Below are positions 41,061-54,009 of a DNA stretch of 64,000 nucleotides, one piece after another. The translations under genes were made by a program, and so were the position numbers. The stretch lies in NCBI GenBank assembly GCA_964016885.1, contig OZ024740.1, positions 399,776,001 through 399,840,000 on the forward strand, given 5' to 3'. Under the pieces are notes generated by a model that had not been told where the DNA came from, made no database searches, and worked only from the letters and a program-made list of their open reading frames with translations. Position 1 is the stretch's first letter. The number at the start of each line of letters is the position of its first letter. Source of the stretch: Eledone cirrhosa. Taxonomy: Eukaryota.

Positions 41061-41199
41061 GCACCTTCATTTTTGGGAATATGCATATATGAATGTGTGC
41101 ATGTATGCATGTATATCGCTGGTTAAACTCAATATAATTTTATGCACATTAAATTTCTCCTTTGACGTATATACTGCCTTCCAGTATTATATTTATGGT

Positions 41200-42345
41200 A
41201 GATATGAGAAATCAATAGAATTGAACAACCCTGTGCACATCACCTTCATTGACTTTACAAAAGCTTTTGACAACGTCAAACTACCCAGCTTGTGGCAGCT
41301 CTTAAACAAGACCACAATTAACAAAAAAATACATCAACTTACTGAAAGAAACTTAAACCAACTCAACAGCATATATCAAAATAGATTTGGGAACTACATG
41401 GTGTATAGACATCTTGAAGGGAGTTTAACGGGGGGGGGGGGATGTACTATCAGCACTTATTTTCTGTATAGTTATAGATACACTTATCTACCAAACAGAA
41501 GAAGAATACTGCTCTAGTTATCAAACAGGAGGTAAAATCCTATCAAATCTTAGCTATGCAGACGAACTGGTCATCATAAGTTACTCTAGAACTAATCTAC
41601 AAGACTTTCTGAATGTACTGGCCAAACATTCGCTGGAGGCTGGCTTACACATCAACATCTCCAAAACAAAGTGTGTCACAACTAATAAAAACAATGCCAA
41701 TCTCCAACTCACAATCTACAACCAGGAAATTGCTCAAGTTACGGAGCTTGTATATCTCGGTCACAAACTATCATCAAACAACAATGGAATGGTTGCTGAG
41801 AAGTATCGCATCACTCTAGGTTGGGCAGCGTTCAACAAGAACAAGGAAGTACTAACATCAAAACGAGTTTCCTATCATTTGAAGGCTAAGATCTTCAATA
41901 CTTACATCCTACCAGTTGTGTTATATGGTCTTGGCTGTGTTAATTGGACGACAAGGTCACTTCAGAGGCTCTCTACATTCCAGAACCACATCATGAGACT
42001 TATGACTGGCAAGCAGCTCAGCAACCGTATCTGTATCAGTGAACTGTTCAACATTACCAGACTTAGACAATTACATCAATTATCAAGTCAAGAGTGCTCA
42101 AACTATAGGGTCATATAAAAAAAAAACAACTCGTGGTGTGAGTAGGTTATGCCTGGAAGGAAGGTTGGCTGGTAAGAAAAGCAAAGGCCGACAGCCAAAA
42201 CGATGGCTTGATGATATCAACCTATGGATCGGATTTGACCTTTGCTTTTTAAACTCTGCTGCTGGTGATCGAATTTTGTGGAGAGAGATATCACATGTTA
42301 ATTCGCAGTCTGCAACTGGCAGAGTTTAGCGTCAAAGTAGTAGAT
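41200..42345 (+). pseudogene. Decayed RTE-clade LINE (RT and C-terminus)
   Basis: FIDFTKAFDNV, LSYADE, RITLGWAAF, KIFNTYILPVVLYG, GRQPKRWLDDI. Confidence 0.75.
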
Positions 42346-42463
42346 GCGAACACACACACATATAGCAAACCCCTCAATCCACCCAGACATACACATTACT
42401 TTCTCATATGTAAAGGCTTCGTGCAGTTAACCTTAATCAAGTGAACTCGACGGTGAGCTTGAA

Positions 42464-42607
42464 ATGTATGTATGTATATATGTGTGTATGTATGCATGTA
42501 TGTGTGGATGTGTATGTTTTGAGTTGTGTGTGTGTATGTGCATATGCTTTGTATCTGTACATGTGTATATGCAGTTATTAGTATGTATGTATGTATGTAT
42601 GTATGTA

Positions 42608-42644
<37 letters not shown>

Positions 42645-42753
42645 ATGTGTGTGTGTATGTATGTATGTATGTATGTATGTATGTGTGTGTGTGTATGTAT
42701 GTATGTATGTATGTATGTATGTATGTATGTATGTGTGTGTGTATGTATGTATG

Positions 42754-42784
<31 letters not shown>

Positions 42785-42788
42785 TGTA

Positions 42789-42819
<31 letters not shown>

Positions 42820-42848
42820 ATGTATGTATGTATGTATGTATGTATGTA

Positions 42849-42879
<31 letters not shown>

Positions 42880-42900
42880 ATGTATGTATGTATGTATGTA
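42464..42900. repeat. (TATG)n/(TG)n compound microsatellite
   Basis: Direct reading. Confidence 0.95.
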
Positions 42901-42903
42901 CGT

Positions 42904-43560
42904 CACTGAGAGCCTCGATGGGTCATCAAGGTAGTCACTGAAGTCCATCTCGCGGTCCCGCCTACCATCGTTACTGAACATTTGAGCGAAGTGTCGTTGA
43001 AAAGCTGCACACATCTGCTTGGGATCAAGTGACATCCGCCCGTCGTGGTCCACCAAAGACCGGATTGTGGCTTTGTTGCCACATTGCACCTCTGTCACCC
43101 AGACCCATTGAACAGCTTTCATCCCCTCCTGCCCAGGAACACGCGCTCTAGCTCTGACATAGCAGCCTTCGTGTTTTGCGTTGAAGAATTGGTCGAGGAC
43201 TAATCTCACTACGAGCACGTCGGTTGCGATGCCTTTGCTAAGTATCTCTTTTAGCCTTTTAACTAGCTCACCCTCTCATCAAGTTTTCTCTATCGTTACT
43301 CCTTTACTAAACCTTATCGAAACTACTCTAATCACCCTTTTCAGGGCGAACCACCATTTGTTGTTGATAATTGCCCCGTCAACGTTCTCTTAACTAATTC
43401 ACAATCCGGTCTCTGTAGGCACTGTACACCGGAAAGGACGCGTTCAGCTCCCAGCAACTGGATCTATGAAGCCTTTGTCTGCGTACTCGACTACATTGAA
43501 ATGTTGACACCCTATGCAAACCTTATCTATTTCCTAACAGAAACCCTATCTAGATATAAT
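42904..43560 (-). pseudogene. Older, diverged Tx1 ORF2 fragment (endonuclease-RT linker)
   Basis: LDQFFNAKHEGC..KATIRSL..KQMCAAFQRHFA is homologous to copies A-H. Confidence 0.8.
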
Positions 43561-43975
43561 CTTAATTGGCTGGAGAGTTCCGAGGGCTAATCGTGGAAAA
43601 ACAAAACACCATTAAAAAGCCACAATTACCATGAACACAAGTGCCTTCACTCAGTTCTTCTGGTCTAATCTACTGATCTATTCTCAATGCAGGTCCGTTC
43701 ACTCCAACTCTGCTGCCAATATTATTCTCCTTTCACTAAAATGGCTGCAGTCGCTACCTTGATTTTCTTCATCAAGTGAAACATGAAAACGTTTCGCTGA
43801 CATTGTGCCTGAATTATAAACCTTATTATTACTATATGTACAACCGCCATACTTATATACAAATATATTCAGGTTGGCAGATAGATAAATATTACATATA
43901 TATGTACGTGCGTGTGGTGTGTATTTGAGAGAGAGAAGAGAGAGGGATGAGAGAGAGAAGATAGTGAGAGAGAGA

Positions 43976-44017
<42 letters not shown>

Positions 44018-44417
44018 GGAGTGAAAGAGAGAGAAAAATCTTTTCATAAAGTTAATACCATTGACTTCCAAATATTCGATCTTACCTGAAATCAATCGCT
44101 TTAACTGTTTTTATGTATCGTTAAATAATTGGGAGTAAATATCGTTGAAGACTTCCTGCCATGTACGTTCGTACATTGATATAAGCAACGTTTATTTAAC
44201 ATTTCGAGTCATTATTTGTGATTATTTCAGTCATCCATAATGTTACTATAACTTATTGTTTCTCGTAGTTTAACTTGTTTCTTTGCTCGCCAGCTTTTAC
44301 AATCAGACGGAATTGAATCATACAAAGCATCCTATTGAAAATGTCGTTATGCAAGTGAAATAATGAAAAACCTGAATTAACATGTTATGAAATATCTATC
44401 TATCTATCTATCTATCT

Positions 44418-45108
44418 ATGGGCGCCCGGGCAGGGACCCTGCAAAAAAGATCTGTCCGAGGTGCGTGCGAGACGAAGAAACCGTCGCGCACGCATTCATA
44501 CACTGCCCGGGCGTCACTGACCTGTGGGGCTATGTAGAACGACTATTGTCGCGGGTGGGACCAATCCAGTTGACCACCGAGTCCATTGTCATGATCAAAC
44601 CGCCACCCTCCTTCAAAAACGAAGGAGAGGCGGTTTTCCTTTGTGTGATAGCTATGGCGAAAGAGGTTGTATGGTGGACAAGGTTGAAAGGGCTGAGGTC
44701 AGACACCTTTCTCTCCGGCCAACAACTGATTCTTTTTTTCAAATACCACTTTGGAAGAAGAATCAGGATGGAGAGAGAGGTGCTGTATCCCAGCAAGTTT
44801 TATGAAAGGTGGGTGAAAGTGGCGAGAATGGCCCGAGTGAATGGGCCTTCTCTCTATATCAGCCTGTAGGTTGAGGAAAAGAAGGAGGAGAGGAAAGGAG
44901 TACAAGCTCTTCGTACTCCTGGAGATGAGGGTTGCACATTTTTTTCGGGGGTCTGTGTTACCCATATAAACTGTCTCCCTCTATTGGGGAAAATCGACTA
45001 ACTTTTAAATTCCATCTGTGATAACATTTTACACGTTTTTATTGTATGTAAACTTCCCCCTTTGTATTTGTCCCCTTCTTTTGTGCCCCTGTGGCTAATA
45101 AAGAAATA
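44418..45108 (+). mobile_element. Tx1 copy D (5'-truncated, about 690 bp)
   Basis: (TATC)6 upstream; zinc finger and 3'UTR; AATAAA then (TATC)n at 45109-45212. Confidence 0.93.
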
Positions 45109-45146
<38 letters not shown>

Positions 45147-45147
45147 C

Positions 45148-45213
<66 letters not shown>

Positions 45214-45445
45214 CTCTCTCTCTCTATCAGACGTGTGTAACTTCGCGGAGAAGTTTCCGTTAATTTATGTAAGAAAAAAACGTGAGTTTTAGTTAAATTT
45301 TATATCATTGTGTAACTTGACCCCCCGTCTGAATCTTCAGGTGGTGGGTCAACTCATTTTCGCCCCTACAGGGGCGGAATATCCATTTGAAATATTTTTT
45401 CTCCATCGAATCTTTGAAAAAATATTGTAAAATTTTGATTACGTT

Positions 45446-47303
45446 ATGAACGCTGCGTCCAACGATAATGGTAGTGGAGAGGCGGTAAGACTACAAAGCT
45501 CGCAGTCAACAACGTCTTCTTCACTAGATACTATAGAGATGGAAAGACGAAATAAAAATGTAAAAACGAATTCATATCCAAACAACACAAATGACACCAA
45601 ACAATTCAATGACAACAAAAGTAACAACAACACCAATAAAACCAGCATCAAAGACAACAACAACACCAAGGAAAATACGAACAATACCAACATCGGTGAC
45701 AACAAGAATAACAAAAACAATAACAACAATAATGACAACACCAACAACACGGATTCCACAAAGAAACCAAAAATCTCCTTTGCAGAGAAAGTTCAAAAAA
45801 AGGAAGAATTGATATATCTCGACATAACAAATGCTGAACAACTTTTAAAGGACGCTAGGAGATATGTCAGTTTCGAAAAAAATGGTGCTTTCAGCATCAA
45901 TTCTCCGGTAGAAATTCGCAAGGAAACTGCTCTCAAAACGATAGTTTTTAGGACAGTTTCCAATTCTACTCGAAAAGCAGTCCAATTGTCACAGAAAGAA
46001 ATTGAACTGGTTTTCAAAAATTCAATGAATGATATTGCATTCATTCAAAGAAGCAAACTTTTTGGGAGTATTTCGGTACTCATGAAGGATCAATTGACGG
46101 CCCAAAATTACTCTGTGTCGCCAATTGTATCCAACCTGTACACCCTTTTCCCTACATACATGGGAAAAAGGACACAAAAGATCAGAATCACGAGTGTCAC
46201 ACCAAAGGTGAACATATGGTGGATACTGTGCGGCTTCATCAATTTTGATGAAGACAGAATACTGTCAGTAGGAAAGTCCCCCAGAGATGTATTCAATGGG
46301 ACTAGCATTGAAGTTCTGGTGCAAATGAGCCCAGAGCGAATAGCTATAATCCCACAACGTGTACTCCTGGACGGACTCACCTACATAAACTTTTCGGTTG
46401 ATGGTAGGCGGCCTTCATGTTACCATTGCTTTAGCAGGGGTCACCTGAGGGCTTCCTGTCCTAAATTAATGAATAAAAAAAAGGCTCTTCTGCCGACACC
46501 CATCAAAACAACACAACCACCAACACCACCACAACAACAACAACACCAACACACAAAAATAACCACAACAAACACAGTCCCACCCAACCCCACTCCACCT
46601 AAAACCACTGCAAAATCACATACAGACACAACAGCTCCCCAAGACATACCCCTCCCCAATCACACAGACGATACAACAGATGAGGCTATCTCGCCATCAC
46701 CCAGTGAAGACGAGGGAGAACCCCATCGCTCGAAAAGAAAGAAAAGACATCACAAAAGCAAAAAACCAGCAAACACTACCACAAATATACAACCACCAAC
46801 TCAAACAACAAAAACATCACAAACAAAACCCCCACCTTCCTGAAAACAAAATACCTACAACAAAACGAAAGCACACACAAGAACTACAGACAAAAACAAA
46901 CACAACACAAGAAAATTACACTTACACTTACATAAACACTGAAAACAAAACACTAATGGAGACCATCACGAACGACCCTTCGGTGAAAACCGAAGGGAAA
47001 ACTTTCGCCCACTCTATTAAAAATAGCAAAAAACTGAACCTAAAACTGATTAGGGTCCCTATACAAACTTATAGGTCCCTAAAAGAAACATTTGAGAAGG
47101 ATGTGGGGAATTCCTGCGTGAAACCACTCAACCGCGTCCTTCTCAAATGTCTCCCCACCCCAGACACCCCCATCCCACCAGACCCCACCCCACCAAACAT
47201 CTCCGTCCCCACCCCGCCGGAAACCACCACCCATCCAGACAACCCCTCCAACACCCCCATGGAAATCGTGCGGCCTGGTCCCCAGGAGACGAAGGGTGAG
47301 TGA
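45446..47303 (+). CDS. Tx1 ORF1: 465-aa open frame plus a C-terminal part after one frameshift near 46830
   Basis: N-rich N-terminus, FEKNGAFSINSP, YMGKRTQKIR, CYHCFSRGHLRASC, a basic KRKKRHHK tract, then NDPSVKTEG..LIRVP. Confidence 0.85.
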
Positions 47304-47336
47304 TCTCTTTTCCTCTTTTAACTTTTCAGCACCAAC

Positions 47337-50300
47337 ATGGCCAATATAAGAGTTGGATGTGTGAACGTACGCGACCTGGGGATGCCCTGAAAACAGGGCA
47401 AACTCTTAAACGACCTCAGGTCGCACAGTATGGATGTGGTAGCCATTTGCGAGTCCAGGATCCACAGCGAGCGACAGCTGGCCCCCATCTTCGATGACTT
47501 TGAGATCTACGCATCTCTCTCTCAGCCGGGGGGTGGGGGCGGAGTTGCCGTTTTGCTGCGGAAACACCTGAGCCTCGTAACACAGACGGTACATCTGGAC
47601 CCGGAGGGTCGACTGGTGGTCCTAGACGTTGACGGTAGTGAAGGTGGAGCCTTCAGGCTGGTGGCCGCATATGCCCCATCCGGGACACCGCGGCCAAACT
47701 TCTTCAAACGTCTAGAGACTTTTCTGGGAACGTCCCGCTCCTTGCTTTTAGTGGGGGACTGGAATGGAATCCTAGATGCACGTTGGGACTATGTGGGAGC
47801 ATGTCCCGATAAAGGGGGGTGTAACAGCCTCAAACAGTTAATCGACCGATTTGACCTGGCCGATAGATATCGACTAGATTTTCCGACTGCGCCACTGTGG
47901 AAGTGGAGTAATCGTAGCGGAACATCTAGATCGTACCTAGATAGGGTTCTAGTTAGAAATAAGGATAGGGACATGTTAAGCTGTCCACAAATGTTCATGG
48001 TTGCTATTCAGATCACAAACTAGTGACATGCATGGCCAACCTTGATAGAACCCATAGACAAGGACCCGGCTACTAGAAGCTGAACTTGTCGTTACCGACA
48101 AGCAAAGCTTACAGTAGACGGATTAACACTTTAGTTAAACAGCACTTGACAGGGGCCATTGTCAACAACAGATGGTGGTACTCTCTCAAGAGGGCAGTTA
48201 GATTAGACTCGATAGTTTTTAGTAAAGAATTAGCGTTAGATAGAAATAGAACAGAGAAGGAACTGGTAGATAAAGTAGAAGAGGCAATTAGAAGTGGCAA
48301 CGTAGCCAGCGTGCTTAGCAACGAGAACGGCCTTGGACCAGTTCTTCGACGCAAAGCACGAGGGCTGCATTGTCAGAAGCAAAACACGTGGTCTGGGAAA
48401 CGAGGGAGCCAAAGCTGTTAGCTGGGCCCGAGTGACGGAGGCAAAAAGTGGCAACAAGTCCACGATTCGGTCTTTGAAGGACCAAAACGGACGCGTGATA
48501 CGTGAGCCGTGGTCACACTAATCAGGAAGGACGAGAGTAAGGGGGATGACATAGGCAACTTCCGGCCCATAACTCTGCTAAACACAGAGTTACAGATTTT
48601 GGCCAAGGTGTTGGCAAAGAGGCTGGCGCTTGTCTTTGAGAACCTGGTGGGAGAAGCGCAATCCCGATCAGGTCCATACACGACAACCTCCACCTCATGC
48701 GATACATCATACAGAGGGTAGGGTGTAAACCCGGCTTCGGTGGGGCCCTGATCAACTTGGATCAGTCTAAGGCTTTCGATAGGGTTGACCATCGTTACCT
48801 GAATGCGGTGCTCGAGGCGGCAGGCTTTGGACCCGTGTTCAGGGGCTGGATTGCTGCAATGCACAACAGCAACATCTGCTCAAGGGTCAAGGTGAACGGC
48901 TACCTCTCGGAGCCGTTCCATATTACGCGATCCATTCGACAGGGATGCCCTCTCTCCTCCCTTCTGTACGTACTGACTCTCGAACCACTACTGCGGAAGT
49001 TGGAGCTATTGCAGGGCATCCCTCTGGAACCGGGACTGCGGAAAGCGGCGTCGGCCTACACCGACGACGTGACAGTAATGGTGTCGGGCGCCTCTCAAAT
49101 CGAGGAAGTCGGCACCTTACTGAAGGAATACGAAAGTTTCACAGGAGCGAAGCTGAACCGGTACAGGTCCATCGGTTTGCAACTCGTATCGTGGAGAGGC
49201 AAACCGATGCCTTCCGATGGCGTCGTCGGACGCTGGACGGAAGGACCGGTAAAGCTGTTCGGGGTCTGGTTTGGTCCGGACCTCCAGGTAGAGAAGAACT
49301 GGAACGAAGTGACAGCCAAGGTGTTTGCACTCACCCAGAAGAGGGCCGAGTGCAAACTATCCTTGAAAGGTCGAGCGGAGGTGGCGAACACTATTATAGC
49401 GTCCACCATCTACTACCGCTTGACCGTCGTGCCTTGTCCAGCCAAAACGCTCGCCAAAATGGAGCGCGCGCTCTTCCGATTCCTTTGGAAGAGGCGGGCT
49501 CCTCTGGTGAGAAGATCCATCTGCTGCCAACACCCTTCTAACGGAGGGCTGGGGATGCCGTGGTTGACGATGCGCAAACACGTGCTCAGGCTGCGGTATC
49601 TCTACGTATTCCTCACCGGACAACCAGTGTGGGCCCCGTTCGTGAGGCGAGCCTTCCCACGACTCGTCTCGCTGACCGATCTGCAGTCCTGGGTCAAGCA
49701 AAGACCGAGGAAAAAGGGCGACTGGCACATCGAATGTGCTCAGGCGCTCACAGCCCTCTGGCAGGCGGACCCGGCGATCAGTGGAGACTCCACTTCGTCA
49801 TTCTATAGAGGGTTGGTGCGCAGCAAGTGCGACGACGCGCTCGGTGAAACTCTAGGCGTAGAGGAAGATGAACTGGCCAGTCTGTTCGGTAGGACCTTCC
49901 GTCCGGGACCGATGGACAACTTCCAAAAGTCCCTGGCCTGGCAGTGCTACCGAAGAGATCTACCAGTTCGAGACAAGCTCTACAGACATGGGCGCCCGGG
50001 CAGGGACCCTGCAAAAAAGATCTGTCCGAGGTGCGTGCGAGACGAAGAAACCGTCGCGCACGCATTCATACACTACCCGGGCGTCACCGACCTGTGAGGC
50101 TATGTAGAACGACTATTGTCGCGGGTGGGACCAATCCAGTTGACCACCGAGTCCATTGTCATGATCAAACCGCCACCCTCCTTCAAAAACGAAGGAGAGG
50201 CGGTTTTCCTTTGTGTGAAAGCTATGGCGAAAGAGGTTGTATGGTGGACAAGGTTGAAAGGGCTGAGGTCAGACACCTTTCTCTCCGGCCAACAACTGAT

Positions 50301-50439
50301 TCTTTTTTTCAAATACCACTTTGGAAGAAGAATCAGGATGGAGAGAGAGGTGCTGTACCCCAGCAAGTTTTATGAAAGGTGGGTGAAAGTGGCGAGAATG
50401 GCCCGAGTGAATGGGCCTTCTCTCTATATCAGCCTTTAG
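47337..50439 (+). pseudogene. Tx1 ORF2, disrupted (stops, frameshifts, deletion, YTDD)
   Basis: GDWN, SYLDR, LDQSKAFDRVDH, QGCPLS, YTDD, CPRC. Confidence 0.92.
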
Positions 50440-50704
50440 GTTGAGGAAAAGGAGGAGGAGAGGAAATGAGTACAAACTCTTCGTACTCCTGGAGATGAGG
50501 GTTGCATATTTTTCGGGGGTATGTGTTACCCATATAAACTGTCTCCCTCTATTGGGGAAAATCGACTAACTTTTTAAATTGCATTTGTGATAACATTTTA
50601 CACGTTTTTATTGTATGTAAACTTCCCCCTTTGTATTTGTCCCCTTCTTTTGTGCCCCTGTGGCTAATAAAGAAACATATCTATCTATCTATCTATCTAT
50701 CTAT

Positions 50705-51080
50705 TTTCTTTAAGTATCACTTTAGAAGGAGAATCAGAGTGGAGAGAGAGACACTGCACCCCAGTAAATTTATTAAAAGGTGGGTGAAAGTGGCTGGAAT
50801 GGACCGAGTGAATGGGCCTTCTCTCTATATCAGTCTGTAGGTTGAGGAAAAGGAGGAAGAGAGGAAAGGGGTACAAACTCTTCGTACTCCTGGAGATGAG
50901 GGTTGCACATTTTTTTTCGGGGGTATATGTTACCCATATGAAATGTCTCCTCCTATTGGGGAAAATCGATTAACTTTTCAATTGAATTTGTGATAATATT
51001 TTACACGTTTTTATTGTATGTAAACTTCCCCCTTTGTATTTGTCCCCTTCTTTTGTGCCCCTGTGGCTAATAAAGAAACA
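50705..51080 (+). mobile_element. Tx1 copy F (5'-truncated, about 375 bp)
   Basis: Between (TATC)n runs at 50678-50704 and 51081-51119; last ORF2 codons plus 3'UTR. Confidence 0.92.
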
Positions 51081-51119
<39 letters not shown>

Positions 51120-52539
51120 GGACAAGTCTGTCGGTTTGCAACTCGGAACGTGGAGAGGCAAACCGATGCCGTCCGACAGCGTCGTCGGATGCTGGACGGA
51201 AGGACCGGTGAAATTGCTCGGGGTCTGGTTCGGTCCAAACCCTCAGGTGAAGAAAAACTGGAACGAGGTCATAGCCAAGGTATTTGCGCTCACCCAGAAG
51301 TGAGCAGAGTGCAAACTGTCCTTGACAGGTCGAGCGGAGGTGGCGAACACTTTCATAGCGTCCGTCATCTACTACCGCTTGACTGTCGTGCCTTGTTCCC
51401 GTGAACACCTCGCCAAGATGGAATGCTTGTTCTTCCAGTTTCTGTGGAAGAAGCAGGCTCTGCTGGTGAGGAGATCCGTCTGTTTTCAGCACCCTTCCAA
51501 CGGAGGGCTGGGAATGCCGTGGCTGATGATGCGCAAACATGCGCTGAGGCTGCGGCATATCCAGGTATTCCTCACCGATCCCCAACCGGTGTGGGCACCA
51601 TTTGTGGGACAGGCTTTCCCGCAGCTCATCTCGCTGACGGAGCGCATGTCCTGGGTCAAGAAAAGACCGAAAACGATGGGCGCCTGGCACATTGAATGCG
51701 CTCAGGCGCTCACAGTCCTCTGGCAAGCGGGCACAGCAATCAGTGGAGATCCACTTCGACATTCTATAGAGGGATTGTACGTTACAAGGGCGACGACGTG
51801 CTCGTAGAGACTCTGGGTGTCGAAGACGATGAGCTCACCAGTCTGTTTGGTAGGACTTTCCGCCCGGGACCTATGGACAACTTCCAGAGATCCCTGGCCT
51901 GGCAGTGCTACCGAGGAGCTCTACCGGTTCGTGGCAATATCTACAGGCACGGACGCCCCGGCAGGGATCCTTCCAAGAGGACGTGTCCAAGATGCGCGCA
52001 GGACATTAAAACCGTCCTACACTCAATTGTACACTGCCCGGGCGTAACCGACCTGTGGAACTATGCAGAACAACTGCTGTCGCGAATGGGACAAATCCAG
52101 TTGACTGCCGAGTTCATAGCAAGGATCAAACCGCCAGCCTCTTTCAAAAACGAAAGAGAGGCGGTTTTCCTCTGTACAGTGGCTATGGTGAAAGAAGTTA
52201 TATGGTGGACGAGATTGAGAGGACTGAGGACCGATGCCTTTCTCTCCGGACAACAATTGATTCCCTTCTTTAAGTATCACTTTAGAAGAAGAATCAGAGT
52301 GGAGAGAGAGGCACGCACCCCAGCAAATTTACTGAAAGGTGGGTGAATGAAGCGAAAATGGCCCGAGTGATTGGGCCTTCTCTGTTTATAAGCCTGTAGG
52401 TTAAAGGAGATAGCAAAAGGGAGAAGGGAGCACTTGCACAACACGCTCCTGAAGTTTAGGGTTGTTCTATCGACGGGGTATTAAACAACCCATTTGTGGC
52501 GTCTCCCCCCTATTGGGGATTTCGATTGTTATAATTGTT

Positions 52540-52580
<41 letters not shown>

Positions 52581-53207
52581 TAAAAGGAAAAGAAAATGCT
52601 GACAAATTGTTCCCAGTGAAAAATAGTTTATTTAGGAATAAGTAAAAATTAGTAATAGTATTGGTTAGTATTCAGTTTTGGTTTTAAGTTTTTACCGGTT
52701 GCGCATTTCTAATGCTTTTCAAAAATAATTTTGAGATAGAGCGCTCGTGATGTTTGCTCTAATCTGATTAGTTTTGGAAATTCTACCTGTTTTATGTGGA
52801 AAAAGTGGCTCCAGATGTATGAAAAAATTCTTGCGGTCAAAACAATTTTGATTGGTCGGTAGAGGTCATGTGAATGTTAAAAATTGATTTTGCGCCAAAT
52901 GTAGGTTTGTCTCGGCTGATTGAGAAGTCACTCAAAAATAAGTCTTTTAAGACAAATATGTGTGTGTGTGTGTGTGTGTGTAGTAGTAGTAAAGAGGTTC
53001 GTTGTGATAATGGTCAGCAGGGATGTGTGTGCGACCCGCAGCCTGCTGACATGTCAATAGTTCAGATGCCTATTAAGACAAGTGTGTGTGTGTGTAGCAG
53101 AGTAATTCGTGGTAGAGGGATCGGTCAGTAGAAATGTGTCTGTACGTGTGTCGGGGATATTTTAACATGTTAAAAGATATTTCTCTGCTCTTGTCTTATA
53201 CAGAGAA

Positions 53208-53272
<65 letters not shown>

Positions 53273-53998
53273 TCTTTGTATGTTAGTGTACGCGTGTGTA
53301 TGTGTGTGTGTGTATGTGTGTGTGTGTGTGAATGTGTGTGTGTGGGTGGACCAGTATTTTTGTGATACTGGTAAAAATGGTGTACATTATTCGATATTTT
53401 CAGTAAAAACGATTCTCTCAATAGAACATCAAAAACCTTAATAATAAAAGGTGTGAAATGATATATAGTATTGGCATAATACCAAGGTGTGTGTGAGTGT
53501 CCAGATTGTACGTACTTCAAGGGGAATCCATTAGGCCTTGCCGTATAGGAATACTTGTGTACAAATATGATGTGCCCATCAGTGTGCAATGCATGTGTGC
53601 GTATATGTATGTGTGTGTGTCGGCACGTTTATATCTATAGACATCAATCAAAAGGTATGCAAATTTGTGTATATTTGTGTTGCACCATAGAACATGTGTG
53701 TTTACGTATGTCATTGTGTTTATATGTGGATAGAGATGTATGTAGGATGTATGCTGATGTAGGTATGTATGTTGACGTGTGTATGTTGTGAGTTCATCTT
53801 AGGGAGAAGTGTTTAGACGGGGTCCGTATTTGTTAATAAAGTGAGATTCCTTGCTGATGCGCTGGGTGTGGGTGGCATTATCTTTAAATTTGTAGAGGGG
53901 AAATATATATATATTTTTACACGACCGTATGTAAAATCCCCGGCATGTGTCTTTGTATTGTCCCTTTTTCTTGTGCGCCCTTGTGGCAAATAAAGAAA
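51120..53998 (+). mobile_element. Tx1 copy G (5'-truncated, diverged subfamily), 3'UTR split by an insertion
   Basis: ORF2 C-terminal part at 51120-52398. The 3'UTR stops at ~52545 and resumes at ~53914, ending gtggcaaataaagaaa+TCTATCTATC. Confidence 0.88.
52578..53903 (-). mobile_element. Penelope-like 3' fragment inserted into the 3'UTR of Tx1 copy G, bounded by (TA)n
   Basis: Minus strand 53811-53900 gives PLYKFKDNATHTQRISKESHFINKYGPRLN, a GIY-YIG C-terminal E..FI.k..P.LN pattern. A decayed hammerhead ttgaaaa-gcatt-aga-aatgc-gcaa-ccggta lies at 52689-52727. Confidence 0.7.
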
Positions 53999-54009
53999 TC
54001 TATCTATCT

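Larger units (their letters stand above)
45229..50677 (+). mobile_element. Tx1 copy E, full-length with an internal deletion of about 330 bp at ~48506
   Basis: Starts tatc|agacgtgtg; contains ORF1 and ORF2; ends aataaagaaaca+(TATC)6. Confidence 0.94.
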
